The position numbers were made by a program, and so were the translations under genes. The notes under the pieces are model-generated. The model saw only the letters and a program-made list of their open reading frames with translations, made no database searches and was not told the DNA's origin. DNA of 64,000 nt, taken from the NCBI GenBank assembly GCA_943788175.1, contig CALSPG010000001.1, positions 240,873 through 304,872 on the forward strand, given 5' to 3'. Of this stretch, positions 18,481-29,152 are shown one piece after another. Every line of letters starts with the position of its first letter. Within the stretch, counting starts at the first letter, position 1. Origin of the DNA: an uncultured bacterium. GTDB lineage: Bacteria > Fidelibacterota > Marinisomatia > Marinisomatales > UBA1611.

Positions 18481-18756
18481 ATGAAACGTTTCTATAGATT
18501 ATTTATCTCTCTTCTCGTCATCGTTGGTATCGTTGCAGTAGCTCCAGCTACTACAGTTGAAACCAAAACAGAGCAATGCGCAGTCAGCGCAGGTTCTTGT
18601 GGTGGTGGAGATTTCGTTTATGCAGATGCTGCAGATGATATCAAGAAGAAAAAGAAGAAGAAGAATAAGAAGAAAAAAGGAAAAGAAGGAAAAGGCAAAA
18701 AAGGTGGATCTTGGGGTAAGTGGAAGTCCAAGTGGAAGAAGAAAAGCTCTAACTAA
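18481..18756 (+). CDS. small secreted or membrane-anchored protein with an extreme Lys-rich tail
   Basis: A strong SD (AAAGGAGAATAGA-ATG) precedes it. The signal or anchor is MKRFYRLFISLLVIVGIVAVAPA, with a Cys pair (CAVSAGSC). The tail is KKKKKKKNKKKKGKEGKGKKGGSWGKWKSKWKKKSSN. The gene is flanked by its own promoter-like site and terminator. Confidence 0.6.
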   Translation: MKRFYRLFISLLVIVGIVAVAPATTVETKTEQCAVSAGSCGGGDFVYADAADDIKKKKKKKNKKKKGKEGKGKKGGSWGKWKSKWKKKSSN

Positions 18757-18775
18757 TTTTCTTTTCTAATTAACA

Positions 18776-18808
18776 ATAAAAAAGGCGCTTATTTGCGCCT
18801 TTTTTATT
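18776..18808 (+). terminator. rho-independent terminator
   Basis: AAAAAAGGCGC-TTATTT-GCGCCTTTTTT. Confidence 0.75.
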
Positions 18809-18886
18809 TTAGGAAGTTGCCTAAAAATTTTGCTACTTTCTCTTTACTTGTACGATCATTCTTAAAAACTTTTAGTAGGATAAAAA

Positions 18887-19708
18887 ATGATAATATATAA
18901 AATATTAGTTTGTTTGTTTTTAGCTGTACCTGTATTCAACTTAACCTATGCGCAAGATGATGTTGAAGAAAATAGCTTTGAGTCTTCGCATGACTTATAT
19001 ATTGCTTTCGATCAGACCAGTGGGAATACAAATAATTTAGTTTCTGGTGCTGAGTACAGTTTTTCTTTATTAGGAGATCTCTTATCTTTTACTGATACAG
19101 AATTTTCTTTTTCTCTTAATGGTAATTATGCCACCCTTGAAGAGGAACCTTATGCTCTCGATGGCAATATTCACACACAACTTGATCTTTGGGCAAATCA
19201 AAAATATTCTCCTTTTTTGTTTTTTGACTACAGCTTTGATCGCTCGTTAGGTTTAATCAATAGAACAGACGTAGCACTTGGCGCTAAAGTTAGGCTAGGT
19301 AAAATCTTTTCTCTTAGCTATGCCTTTATGTTTGAAGAAGAAGAATATGATTCAGTAGAAACTTTTTCCAGACATTCGTTTCGTCCAAAAATAAAATTAG
19401 TTTTATCTGAAGGCGCTCTTTTTATGGACTACCGAGCCTTTTATAAGCCACGAGTTGAAGATTTTAATGATTATCTTCTAGAAAATACTTTAGTTCTATC
19501 TATTGCAACATTTTATGAAGCATTATCTGTAGATATTACATTGCAACATAGTTATAATAGTAAATATGAGGGAGACAATAAAGTTCTCAAACCTTTAGAA
19601 GAATGGGAAAGTGAATACGATTCCGACTATGGAGATTTTGTATCTAAAGAGACTTTCTATAAAGATACAGATTTGTCCGCTTCCATCGGCTTTAGTTTAT
19701 CTTTCTAA
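18887..19708 (+). CDS. outer-membrane beta-barrel protein (DUF481/YdiY-like)
   Basis: It has a signal peptide, alternating hydrophobic beta-strand patterning and the C-terminal ...SASIGFSLSF with a terminal Phe, typical of OMPs. Confidence 0.6.
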   Translation: MIIYKILVCLFLAVPVFNLTYAQDDVEENSFESSHDLYIAFDQTSGNTNNLVSGAEYSFSLLGDLLSFTDTEFSFSLNGNYATLEEEPYALDGNIHTQLDLWANQKYSPFLFFDYSFDRSLGLINRTDVALGAKVRLGKIFSLSYAFMFEEEEYDSVETFSRHSFRPKIKLVLSEGALFMDYRAFYKPRVEDFNDYLLENTLVLSIATFYEALSVDITLQHSYNSKYEGDNKVLKPLEEWESEYDSDYGDFVSKETFYKDTDLSASIGFSLSF

Positions 19709-19734
19709 ACCTTTTTTAATTAATTCTTAAAAAC

Positions 19735-19760
19735 GGGCGCAATTACACTTGCGCCTTTTA
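19735..19760 (+). terminator. rho-independent terminator
   Basis: GGCGCAA-TTACAC-TTGCGCC followed by TTTTA. It ends 9 nt before the leuS ATG. Confidence 0.65.
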
Positions 19761-19768
19761 TTTATACT

Positions 19769-22186
19769 ATGGACTATAATCACCTAAAAATCGAAAAAAA
19801 GTGGCAAAAGTTTTGGGAGGATAACAATACTTTTAAAACTGAAGATTCGAAAGAAAAAGAAAAATGCTATATTCTTGACATGTTTCCTTATCCTTCTGGT
19901 TCAGGTCTACATGTGGGGCATCCTCTTGGCTATACTGCCACAGACATATATTCTCGCTTTAAAAGACTAAATAATTTTAATGTGTTACATCCTATCGGTT
20001 GGGATGCTTTTGGTCTACCTGCTGAGCAATATGCACTAAAAACTGGCACCCACCCAAGCATTACTACTGAAAAAAATATAAATCGTTATAGGAAACAGTT
20101 GAAAATGCTTGGCTTTTCATATGATTGGGATAGGGAGGTAAATACAACTGATGCCAACTATTATAAATGGACGCAATGGATTTTCTTGCAACTATATAAA
20201 AAAGGACTCGCCTATGAAGCTGAGGTACCAGTTAATTGGTGTCCTGAATTAAAAGCAGTTTTATCAAATGAAGAAGTCGTCGATGGGAAATCAGACATAG
20301 GAGGACATCCAGTTGAACGCTTGCCAATGAGACAATGGATGTTTAGAATTACTGATTATGCAGAATCTTTATTGGAAGGACTAGAAGATTTAGATTGGCC
20401 AGAAAGCGTAAAGGAGTTACAACGTAATTGGATTGGAAAATCAAATGGTTGTGAAGTTGATTTTAAAGTAAAATCTTTAAATCAAAGTATTACTGTATAT
20501 ACAACAAGACCAGATACGCTTTTTGGTGCTACTTATATGGTCCTTTCTCCAGAGCATCCACTAGTAGATAAACTCGTATCTAATGATCAAGTAGTACAAG
20601 TAAAAGATTATAAGAAACTTGCCTCAATGAAGTCGGATTTTGATAGAGGGGAAATCAATAAAAACAAATCTGGTGTGTTTTTAGGATCATATGCTATAAA
20701 TCCAGTAAATGATGAAAAGATACCAATCTGGATTGCTGATTATGTCTTGATGAGTTACGGCACAGGATCAATCATGGCCGTACCGGCACACGATGAAAGA
20801 GACTATGAATTTGCAAAGAAATTTAAACTACCTATTAAAGAAGTTGTTTCTGGTGGATACATAGAAAAAGAAGCTCATAAAGACACTGATCATGGAGTTA
20901 TGGTTAATTCGTCAAACAATCGAGATCTTGATTTAAATGGCTCTAGTATCAAATCAGCGATTGAGCAGGTAATTATTTGGCTTGAAAAAAAGCAATTAGG
21001 TAAAAGAAAAACTCAATATAAGCTTAGAGATTGGCTTTTTTCTAGGCAGAGATACTGGGGTGAACCAATTCCAATAATTCATCACAAAGATGGTAGTGTA
21101 GTACCTCTTGATAATTCAGATTTACCTTTAACACTTCCTCAAGTAGAAAAATATGAGCCTACTGGTACAGGGGAGTCTCCTTTAGCTGGTATATCTGATT
21201 GGGTTAATACGGAGGATGGAAGAAGAGAAACAAACACAATGCCTCAGTGGGCGGGATCGTGCTGGTACTATTTACGTTATATTAGTCCGAATGACAATAG
21301 TGTTGCATGGAATAAGGATGATGAGAAATACTGGATGCCTGTTGATCTCTATGTTGGAGGCGTAGAGCATGCAGTTTTACATCTTCTATATTCAAGATTC
21401 TGGCACCACGTGCTTCACGACTTAGGTTTAGTATCAACCAGAGAGCCATTCAAAAAGCTTTATAATCAGGGTATGATTGGCGGGGAAGATGGTCAAAAAA
21501 TGAGTAAATCCAGAGGGAATGTTGTAAATCCTGATGATGTTGTTGAAAAGTTTGGAGCAGATAGCTTTAGAGTTTATGAGATGTTTATGGGACCATTAGA
21601 TAAGTCAAAACCATGGAATACTAAAGGTTTGCAAGGTTCGTACAGATTCATACAAAAAGTTTGGAAAGCTTGTATTGAAAATAAAGATAAGATAAATAAT
21701 CGAAATGAATCTTCTGACCAAACGATAAGAATTCTCCATCAAACTATAAAGAAAGTCACTAAAGATTTAGAAAACTTGAGTTTTAATACTGCTGTATCAC
21801 AAATGATGATTTTCATTAACCATATTTTAACGCTTAAAAGTTATGACGAGGATGTAATTAGGTCTTTCCTGATCATCCTAAATCCATTTGCTCCACATAT
21901 TTCAGAAGAAATAAATGAATTATTATCATTAAGTAATGGCGAACCAATTTCTAGTCAACATTGGCCTAAGTATGTTGAAAGTTTAATTGCTACAGCAAAC
22001 ATGACAATTGCAGTGCAATTTAATGGAAAAACTAGAGGAACTATTGATGTGAGCACTGATTCTAGTAAAGATGAAATTATACAAAATATTACTAAAAACG
22101 ATAATTTTAAGAAGTATTTTGTAGATGTCGAAATAGTAAAAGAGGTCTACGTTCCAAAACGTTTAGTGAACTTAGTATTCAAATAA
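19769..22186 (+). CDS. leuS: leucyl-tRNA synthetase
   Basis: 805 aa with the HIGH motif (HVGHPLGY), the KMSKS motif and an editing-domain region ([20 protein letters not shown]). Confidence 0.97.
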   Translation: MDYNHLKIEKKWQKFWEDNNTFKTEDSKEKEKCYILDMFPYPSGSGLHVGHPLGYTATDIYSRFKRLNNFNVLHPIGWDAFGLPAEQYALKTGTHPSITTEKNINRYRKQLKMLGFSYDWDREVNTTDANYYKWTQWIFLQLYKKGLAYEAEVPVNWCPELKAVLSNEEVVDGKSDIGGHPVERLPMRQWMFRITDYAESLLEGLEDLDWPESVKELQRNWIGKSNGCEVDFKVKSLNQSITVYTTRPDTLFGATYMVLSPEHPLVDKLVSNDQVVQVKDYKKLASMKSDFDRGEINKNKSGVFLGSYAINPVNDEKIPIWIADYVLMSYGTGSIMAVPAHDERDYEFAKKFKLPIKEVVSGGYIEKEAHKDTDHGVMVNSSNNRDLDLNGSSIKSAIEQVIIWLEKKQLGKRKTQYKLRDWLFSRQRYWGEPIPIIHHKDGSVVPLDNSDLPLTLPQVEKYEPTGTGESPLAGISDWVNTEDGRRETNTMPQWAGSCWYYLRYISPNDNSVAWNKDDEKYWMPVDLYVGGVEHAVLHLLYSRFWHHVLHDLGLVSTREPFKKLYNQGMIGGEDGQKMSKSRGNVVNPDDVVEKFGADSFRVYEMFMGPLDKSKPWNTKGLQGSYRFIQKVWKACIENKDKINNRNESSDQTIRILHQTIKKVTKDLENLSFNTAVSQMMIFINHILTLKSYDEDVIRSFLIILNPFAPHISEEINELLSLSNGEPISSQHWPKYVESLIATANMTIAVQFNGKTRGTIDVSTDSSKDEIIQNITKNDNFKKYFVDVEIVKEVYVPKRLVNLVFK

Positions 22187-22220
22187 CAACTGTCAATCAT
22201 TTTAAATTGAGGATTCGAAC

Positions 22221-25200
22221 ATGAGGTTTTTTATAAAAAATATTTGTATCTTTTTTTTATTAACTGTTTTCCTATTTGCTGATGATAATATTAACAACCA
22301 GATAGAAAACGATCATAGGATTAGGAATTTTGCTTTTATAGGACCTTTTTCAAAAGATTTTAACTCTGATTCACTAGCTAAGTCCTTTAGCTTCAAAAAT
22401 ATTGAAATTGAAAAAGATTTAGTAATTAATGGATCTAAATTTAGGTTTCTTAAACCACCTGCTTCTAATGGTTCCATAGGCTTTCATAATATTTGGCATT
22501 ATTATCCAGAAATTCAGACCGAAGAAGTTGTTTTAGCTATATCTATAGTTAATTCAAAAACTAATCAGTCTATAACTGCTTCTATTTTTAACGAATGGTA
22601 TTGCAAAGCTACTATATATATAAATGGTAAAATTATTTATGACCCGAATAGCAACGTAAAATCAGAATTTTCAAGAGGTTTATTAAAGGCTGGTGATAAT
22701 TTAGTGATTGTGAAAATTGACGCAATCAGAGAACCTGGCTTTAATTTAGTTCTTTATCCTGAAACTAGAGCAGAGGTTTCAGGAAAAGTACTCGATTCTT
22801 TTGGGAAACCTGTACCGTATGCTTCTGTAAGATTATATGAATTAAATGAAAAAAGATGGGTTTCTGGCGATGCAAATTCAAAAGGTGAATATACATTAAA
22901 TATATTTCCAGCTAATAATGAAGGTGAGTATAATTTATTCTCAAGCGCTGGAGATGATAAAAAATATTTTAAATTATTAAATAACATCAGACCAGGTGAT
23001 AGAAAGACTTTAAATATTAAAGTTGGCCCAAGGCCAAAAATAAAAGGTAAAATTTTAAATCTTGATGATAATGGTAGGCAAAGTGGAGTGGTCGTACAAG
23101 CTGTTGGCTTAAATAGTAGTGGTAAAGAGGATAAAAGGCAAATATTTACTAGCCAAAGTGATGTAGAAGGTGAATTCAATTTCAATAATTTACCAAATTC
23201 TCATAATTTTTTAATTAGAGTTCACGGTGAGAAAGACTTTATTTATTATCTGGACAAAAATGGTAACAACAAAGTTTTTAACTTAAATAAACCAAATGAC
23301 AGTTTTGAAAGCTTAAAGTTTAATGTTTCTCGTACTTCACGAGGTACTTGGAGTCAAATTACTTATACAGATGGCTTAACAAGTAACTACTCTATGTCGA
23401 GCGTAATTGATGAAGAAAATAAGTTTTGGTTTGGTACTTATACAGGAATTTCTATTTATGATGGTCAAGAAATAAAAAATATTACTCAATATGATGGCTT
23501 ACCTCAGAGCCCGGTTCTTAGTCTCTACAAAGATAATAATAATAAAATATGGGCTGCTGCTGCAGATCCTTTCTGGAAAAATGAAGGTGGCTTAGTAAAG
23601 TTTGAAAATGAAAAAATACAAAAAGTATTTTCTGATGATGATGGATTTCCTTACAAAAATATTAGAGCAATTTCTCAAGATATAAATAATAATATGTTAA
23701 TAGGGGGTAATGGAGGTCTTTCTATTTATGATGGAAATAGTTTTACAAACTATTCTGCTTTAGATGGTATTCCTTTTGGCTACATTACTGATATTATGGT
23801 AGAGGGAATAAATATTTGGCTTGGTTCTTTAGATGGGTTAGTGCTTTACAATGGTAAAAAGTTCAGAGTCTATAACAAGGATGATGGATTAATTAATCAA
23901 TGGGTCAGATGTATTAAAAAAGGTCCAAAGGGAAATATATGGATTGGAACTCGAGGTGGTATATCTATTTTTGACGGAACTAAATTTAAAAATATTAATC
24001 GTTTGCAGGGTCTTCCAAATAGAGAGATTAATGATATTTACTTTGATGATTCAGGGGAAGCTATTATAACGACTCAAAGAGGTGTCTACAGGTATAATAG
24101 TACTACATTTGTGCGACTTAACCCTAAAATGGCAGGGCATGATTTTGGCCTTCGAAATGTTCATCAAATTAATCGATCAAGCGATGGCATTTATTGGTTT
24201 AATGATTGGAGTGGCTCAGGTATTGTAAAATATGATCCAAGGTCAATTATTAATACTACATTCACTGATAGTTTCCCCAAAACTAGTATTAATGATATTG
24301 AAGTAGATAAAAATAGAAATTTATGGTTTGGAACAGCAAATCATGGATTGATTAAAGTCTCAGAAAATAAAATTGTTAAAAAATTAAATAGAGAAAATGG
24401 TTTGAGGTCGAATGAAGTTTTAGCTATTGATTTTGATATATATGGTAATGTTTGGATAGCTACAGAAAATGCTTTGTCTAAATATGATGGTAGAGAAATA
24501 AAGAATTATACTGTTGAAGATGGTCTTCCATCAAGCAATATTAGAGATTTAGTTGCGGATAAAAGAGGTTTTATATGGTTAGCAACCCAAAAAGGCGTAA
24601 CGAGATTTGATGGATTAGAAGCAAAAAATTTCGATGAAAAAAATGGCCTTACTGCTCAGGTATCAACTGGCCTACATATTGCCAAGGGTGGTCCAAATGA
24701 TATTATTGTTTTTAGTATATACAATTATGGATTCTCTATACTTAAAGATGGCAAATTTACTAATTACGGTGTAAGTGAGGGGCTCCCTGACCCAAGGATA
24801 TCAGGTGTAGACATAGATAGCGAAGGTAATATTTGGTTAGGTTCTGATGGCTCCGGTGTAATAAAATTTGATGGAAATAATTTTAAACAGTATAAAAGAG
24901 AAGATGGTGTAGCTAATCCTGAAATTTGGACTCTTCATGTAGATGATTATGATAGAGTTTGGATAGGTACTTATGGAGGCGGTGTTGGATTTTACGATGG
25001 TGAAACATGGACTACACTTGATAAAAGAGATGGTATTGTTGATAATGATATTTCAGCGTTAACTAGCTTTGGCGGGAATGTATTTTGGTTTGGAAGTGGA
25101 AAGGGCGCAGGGTTTAGTGAATACAGGCCTTCAAAATCTCCTGGTTTTTCCATAGTTAAAGAGGTGGTTACTTCCAATAAAAGATATGATTTAAAGAACA

Positions 25201-27167
25201 GAGCCATATTGCCAAGTTCAATTACTAATAATAGATTAAGTTTCATTGTAAATGCTGCAAATTATAATACTCACAAGGACAAACAAAAGTTTAGATATAG
25301 AATAAAAGAAGTTTCCGAAAGTTGGAGCGAACCATCAAATAAATCTATTTTTGAATGGGTTCCGAAAAATGCCGGTTTATACACATTTGAAGTCCAATCA
25401 ATTGATCGAGACTTAAATTATTCAAAACCCGCTAGTATTTCATTTAATATTGATTATCCTTGGTATCGGGAGCCAAAAACTGCTTTCCCATTTTGGGGAA
25501 TTATTATATTCATATTGTCTTTATCTGGTGTATCTACAAAAAATTATATAAAACAAAGAAGAGTAGCTTCAGTACTGAGGAGGGAGGCAGCAGAAAAAGA
25601 TAGAATTGCTAGAGAACGATTAGAAGAAAAAAATACTGAGTTACAAGATTCTCAAAAAGAAGCAGAGGCAGCAAATGAGGCAAAGAGCACTTTTTTAGCA
25701 AACATGAGTCATGAATTAAGAACACCGTTAAATGCTATTATAGGTTATAGTGAAATGCTTATGGAAGATGCAGAAGATGAGAATGAGGATTTCATTCCAG
25801 ATCTTGATAAGATAAATGGTTCTGGCAAACATCTACTTGGATTAATTAATGATATCTTGGATTTATCTAAGGTTGAGTCTGGTAAAATGGAATTATATAT
25901 TGAAGAATTCGATTTAAAGAAAATTGTTAGTGAGGTAGAGGCAACAATTAAGCCTCTCATTGACAAAAATAACAATAAACTTGTGATAAAGTACAATGCA
26001 GTTGAAGATAAAATGTCTGCTGACTTAACTAAAATTAGACAAATACTACTTAATCTTTTGAGCAATTCAGCAAAATTTACAAAAGAAGGTACGGTTACAA
26101 TATCTGTTGATAAATCTAAATCGATTAAAAATGCTATCGATTTTAATATATCAGATACTGGCATAGGGATGACTCCTGACCAGGTTGATAAGGTATTTAA
26201 ACCATTTACTCAAGCAGATGAAAAAACTACAAGAAAGTTTGGTGGAACAGGACTAGGGTTAACAATAACAAAAATGTTTGCAGAAATGATGGGAGGCGAT
26301 ATAAACCTCAAGTCCAAAGAAGGTGAAGGGACAACTTTCACTGCAACCATTCCACTAAAAGTTAAAGATTTAAAGGTATCGCAACCTGTTAATAATGGTG
26401 GAATAATTAAAGAAGATGATTCTGATTATAAAGTTTTAGTCATTGATGATGATGATAATGCACAAGATATGATGAAGAAATTTTTAGAGAAGCAGAATGT
26501 TAGTATAATACAAGCTAAATCTGGTGAAGAAGGCTTAAAACTCGCAGCTGAACATTTACCTGATGCTATTACTTTGGATGTGATGATGCCTGAAATGGAT
26601 GGTTGGGAAGTGCTCACAGCCTTACAAGCAAACGATGTTACTAAGAATATTCCAGTCATTATGCTTACTATGGCTGATGAACCTGATATTGGTTATTCAT
26701 TAGGCGCAACTGACTATTTAACTAAACCTGTTAATTGGAATCAGTTATCAAATATTCTAAGTAATCACAAGATTGAATCGGCCTCGCAGACGATACTTAT
26801 AGTTGAAGATGATGATACTACAAGGGAAATGTTAAAAAAGAGCCTTACGGGCCATGATTTCAAGGTTAGAATAGCAACCAATGGTAAAGAGGGGCTTGAA
26901 AAAGTAAAAGATTCAAAACCTGGCTTAGTTCTTCTTGATTTAATGATGCCAGAAATGGATGGGTTTGAGTTTGCTGAGAAACTAAGAGAAAATAAAGATT
27001 GGTTGGATATTCCAGTTGTGGTTATAACCGCAAAAGACCTTACTAGTGCAGATCACAAAAGACTAAAAGGGAATGTTGAAGCGATAATGCAAAAAGGTTC
27101 TTACAGCAAAAAAGAACTAATGTCTGAAGTTGGAAATAGAATTAAACTGTTAAAAAAACGGAGTTAG
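22221..27167 (+). CDS. hybrid sensor histidine kinase: periplasmic beta-propeller/Y_Y_Y sensor, TM, HisKA, HATPase and two receiver domains
   Basis: 1648 aa. Many Reg_prop-type repeats (W[FI]GT..G[LIV]..[YF]DG). A TM helix ([15 protein letters not shown]) and a coiled coil follow. The kinase core shows [18 protein letters not shown] and the G-boxes DTGIGM and GGTGLGL. The two REC domains show VLVIDDDDN...[10 protein letters not shown] and ILIVEDDD...[10 protein letters not shown]. Confidence 0.93.
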   Translation: MRFFIKNICIFFLLTVFLFADDNINNQIENDHRIRNFAFIGPFSKDFNSDSLAKSFSFKNIEIEKDLVINGSKFRFLKPPASNGSIGFHNIWHYYPEIQTEEVVLAISIVNSKTNQSITASIFNEWYCKATIYINGKIIYDPNSNVKSEFSRGLLKAGDNLVIVKIDAIREPGFNLVLYPETRAEVSGKVLDSFGKPVPYASVRLYELNEKRWVSGDANSKGEYTLNIFPANNEGEYNLFSSAGDDKKYFKLLNNIRPGDRKTLNIKVGPRPKIKGKILNLDDNGRQSGVVVQAVGLNSSGKEDKRQIFTSQSDVEGEFNFNNLPNSHNFLIRVHGEKDFIYYLDKNGNNKVFNLNKPNDSFESLKFNVSRTSRGTWSQITYTDGLTSNYSMSSVIDEENKFWFGTYTGISIYDGQEIKNITQYDGLPQSPVLSLYKDNNNKIWAAAADPFWKNEGGLVKFENEKIQKVFSDDDGFPYKNIRAISQDINNNMLIGGNGGLSIYDGNSFTNYSALDGIPFGYITDIMVEGINIWLGSLDGLVLYNGKKFRVYNKDDGLINQWVRCIKKGPKGNIWIGTRGGISIFDGTKFKNINRLQGLPNREINDIYFDDSGEAIITTQRGVYRYNSTTFVRLNPKMAGHDFGLRNVHQINRSSDGIYWFNDWSGSGIVKYDPRSIINTTFTDSFPKTSINDIEVDKNRNLWFGTANHGLIKVSENKIVKKLNRENGLRSNEVLAIDFDIYGNVWIATENALSKYDGREIKNYTVEDGLPSSNIRDLVADKRGFIWLATQKGVTRFDGLEAKNFDEKNGLTAQVSTGLHIAKGGPNDIIVFSIYNYGFSILKDGKFTNYGVSEGLPDPRISGVDIDSEGNIWLGSDGSGVIKFDGNNFKQYKREDGVANPEIWTLHVDDYDRVWIGTYGGGVGFYDGETWTTLDKRDGIVDNDISALTSFGGNVFWFGSGKGAGFSEYRPSKSPGFSIVKEVVTSNKRYDLKNRAILPSSITNNRLSFIVNAANYNTHKDKQKFRYRIKEVSESWSEPSNKSIFEWVPKNAGLYTFEVQSIDRDLNYSKPASISFNIDYPWYREPKTAFPFWGIIIFILSLSGVSTKNYIKQRRVASVLRREAAEKDRIARERLEEKNTELQDSQKEAEAANEAKSTFLANMSHELRTPLNAIIGYSEMLMEDAEDENEDFIPDLDKINGSGKHLLGLINDILDLSKVESGKMELYIEEFDLKKIVSEVEATIKPLIDKNNNKLVIKYNAVEDKMSADLTKIRQILLNLLSNSAKFTKEGTVTISVDKSKSIKNAIDFNISDTGIGMTPDQVDKVFKPFTQADEKTTRKFGGTGLGLTITKMFAEMMGGDINLKSKEGEGTTFTATIPLKVKDLKVSQPVNNGGIIKEDDSDYKVLVIDDDDNAQDMMKKFLEKQNVSIIQAKSGEEGLKLAAEHLPDAITLDVMMPEMDGWEVLTALQANDVTKNIPVIMLTMADEPDIGYSLGATDYLTKPVNWNQLSNILSNHKIESASQTILIVEDDDTTREMLKKSLTGHDFKVRIATNGKEGLEKVKDSKPGLVLLDLMMPEMDGFEFAEKLRENKDWLDIPVVVITAKDLTSADHKRLKGNVEAIMQKGSYSKKELMSEVGNRIKLLKKRS

Positions 27168-27171
27168 GCTT

Positions 27172-27531
27172 ATGTCAAAAATATTAATTGTTGAAGATAA
27201 CGAGATGAATAGAGATATGCTATCTAGGCGTTTAGAGAGGAAAGGTTTTGAGGTAGTAATGGCAGAAGATGGTAAAAAAGGTGTAGATATGTCAAAAAGT
27301 GAAACCCCTGATCTGATATTAATGGATTTGAGTTTGCCAATAATGGATGGATGGGAAGCAACTTCAACAATTAAGTCAGAAGAAAGTACTAGAGACATCC
27401 CAATAATAGTCCTTACTGCTCATGCTATGTCCGGTGATAGAGAAAAAGCGCTCGAAGCTGGGGCTGATGAGTACGATACTAAACCTATTGATTTCAAAAG
27501 GCTTTTAGGGAAAATTAAAGATTTTATTTAA
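27172..27531 (+). CDS. single-domain response regulator (CheY-like)
   Basis: KILIVEDNEMN, LILMDLSLPIMDG, LTAH and YDTKP. It starts 4 nt after the kinase stop. Confidence 0.9.
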   Translation: MSKILIVEDNEMNRDMLSRRLERKGFEVVMAEDGKKGVDMSKSETPDLILMDLSLPIMDGWEATSTIKSEESTRDIPIIVLTAHAMSGDREKALEAGADEYDTKPIDFKRLLGKIKDFI

Positions 27532-27562
27532 AAATATCATTTTTTAGAGTCCCTCTTTTATA

Positions 27563-28120
27563 ATGGATAAAAGAACACAAAATGCTTTTCTTGGGAAGGC
27601 AAGGCATAATCTCAAGAACCCCGTCAATGCTATTCTTGGTTATAGTGAAATGTTAATTGAAGATTGTGAAGATGAAGGTTTTATTAGCTTGATACCAGAT
27701 ATAAAGAAGCTAAATCAGGCTGGTAATGATATATTATCATCCATTGAAGAAATATTCAGTGATAAGGCACTGGCCGATTCAGAAAATTCAATATCTGGAA
27801 TGGCTAAAGAAATGGAAATAGCACTCCGAACTCCTCTAAATACAATAATTGGATATTCTGAGCTTTTAATTGAAGAATCAGACAGTGTTACAATTGATAA
27901 TTTTAAAACTGATATTGATAAAATAACACAGTCAGGTAGGTTGTTAGAGGAGGAATTGAGAAGTATAATAAGTTTTGATTCTAAAAATATTAAAAAAATA
28001 GGAGATCAAAATTTAAACCACGGAAACCTTTCCATGGTGCAAGATGTTCTTGATAGTATAATTCCATTAGATCAAAAAGATAAAAAACCTAAAGATGACG
28101 GGGACTATTTTGGCCGTTGA
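27563..28120 (+). CDS. stand-alone tandem DHp (HisKA-like) protein without an ATPase domain; putative phosphotransfer protein
   Basis: It contains two copies of the neighbouring kinase's DHp helix. RHNLKNPVNAILGYSEMLIED keeps the His. IALRTPLNTIIGYSELLIEE has Ile at the His position. There are no N, G1 or G2 boxes. Confidence 0.6.
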   Translation: MDKRTQNAFLGKARHNLKNPVNAILGYSEMLIEDCEDEGFISLIPDIKKLNQAGNDILSSIEEIFSDKALADSENSISGMAKEMEIALRTPLNTIIGYSELLIEESDSVTIDNFKTDIDKITQSGRLLEEELRSIISFDSKNIKKIGDQNLNHGNLSMVQDVLDSIIPLDQKDKKPKDDGDYFGR

Positions 28121-29141
28121 TGACAATAAAAACAATACTGATCTTCTTGATAAAAGATTAACGAAAAAAGGTCATGAGGTTTTTACAGCAAACAATGGTA
28201 AAGATGCTCTCCTGCGTTTGAGCATTGATAGAAATCAAATAGATGTGATTTTATTAGATATTGTTATGCCTGAAATGAATGGTTTTGAGGTTCTAAAATA
28301 TTTGAAAAATGACAAACGCTATTTTGAAATACCTGTAATTATGATATCGTCAATGGATGACACGGATAGTATATATAGATGTATTGAAAATGGCGCTGAT
28401 GACTACATTACAAAGCCATTTGACAAGTCAATACTTGATGCCAGAATTTCATCGTGTATTGAAAAGAAACACCTTAGAGATAAAGAAAAGGTTTTGATGA
28501 AAAAACTAGCTGAGGAACAAGAAAAGTCAGAAAACTTATTACTTAATATTCTTCCAGAAGATATAGCATATAGATTGAAATCTGGAGAAACAAATATAGC
28601 TACCAAGCATAAAGGTGTTTCAATTTTGTTTGCAGATATTGTTGATTTTACACCTCAGTCTAAAAATTTACAACCCAATGAACTAGTAGTTATATTAAAT
28701 AAAATCTTTTCTTGTTTCGATGACTTATCCTCAAAATTTAAAATAGAAAAAATTAAAACTATTGGAGATAGTTATTTTGCTGTCGGAGGACTAAACAGTG
28801 AATCACTAAAATCATCAAAAAATTTAATTGAAATGGCAAAAGAAATGATAACAGAAATCGATGTTCTTAACAATGAAACAGAAAAAATGGACATCCAATT
28901 AAGAATAGGGATACATTGTGGTGATGTAGTAACGGGAGTAATTGGGAAGCATAAATTTGCTTATGATCTCTGGGGTTCTGCAGTAAATATGGCAAGCAGG
29001 ATGGAATCAACTAGTCTCCCAGGTAAGATCCAAGTAAGTGAAGAAGTAAAATTACTAGTTGCAGACAGTTTTAAATTTCAAAAAAGAGAAAAAATAAAAA
29101 TAAAAGGACTAGGGTATATAAGTACTTACTTTATTAAGTAA
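28095..29141 (+). CDS. response-regulator receiver fused to a class III adenylate/guanylate cyclase
   Basis: The REC domain shows ILAVDDNKNN, ILLDIVMPEMNG and YITKP. The cyclase domain shows ILFADIVDFT, KTIGDSYFAVGG, RIGIHCGDVVTGVIG and YDLWGSAVNMASRMES. Confidence 0.88.
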   Translation: MTGTILAVDDNKNNTDLLDKRLTKKGHEVFTANNGKDALLRLSIDRNQIDVILLDIVMPEMNGFEVLKYLKNDKRYFEIPVIMISSMDDTDSIYRCIENGADDYITKPFDKSILDARISSCIEKKHLRDKEKVLMKKLAEEQEKSENLLLNILPEDIAYRLKSGETNIATKHKGVSILFADIVDFTPQSKNLQPNELVVILNKIFSCFDDLSSKFKIEKIKTIGDSYFAVGGLNSESLKSSKNLIEMAKEMITEIDVLNNETEKMDIQLRIGIHCGDVVTGVIGKHKFAYDLWGSAVNMASRMESTSLPGKIQVSEEVKLLVADSFKFQKREKIKIKGLGYISTYFIK

Positions 29142-29152
29142 TGAAATATTAT

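Noticed and set aside
18557-18769. 70-aa alternative-frame ORF (…RRKRRRRIRRKKEKKEKAKK…)
   Set aside because: It is a by-product of the polypurine tract. It has no SD or signal peptide, whereas the 18481 frame has SD, signal peptide and terminator.
22754-27398. Minus-strand track ORFs inside the kinase and CheY genes (22754..23185, 24992..25246, 25745..26164, 26426..26659, 27150..27398)
   Set aside because: They are antisense to a strongly supported 1648-aa multidomain gene and to the response regulator. Their Ser/Leu/Phe-rich, low-complexity translations are typical of shadow ORFs in AT-rich DNA.
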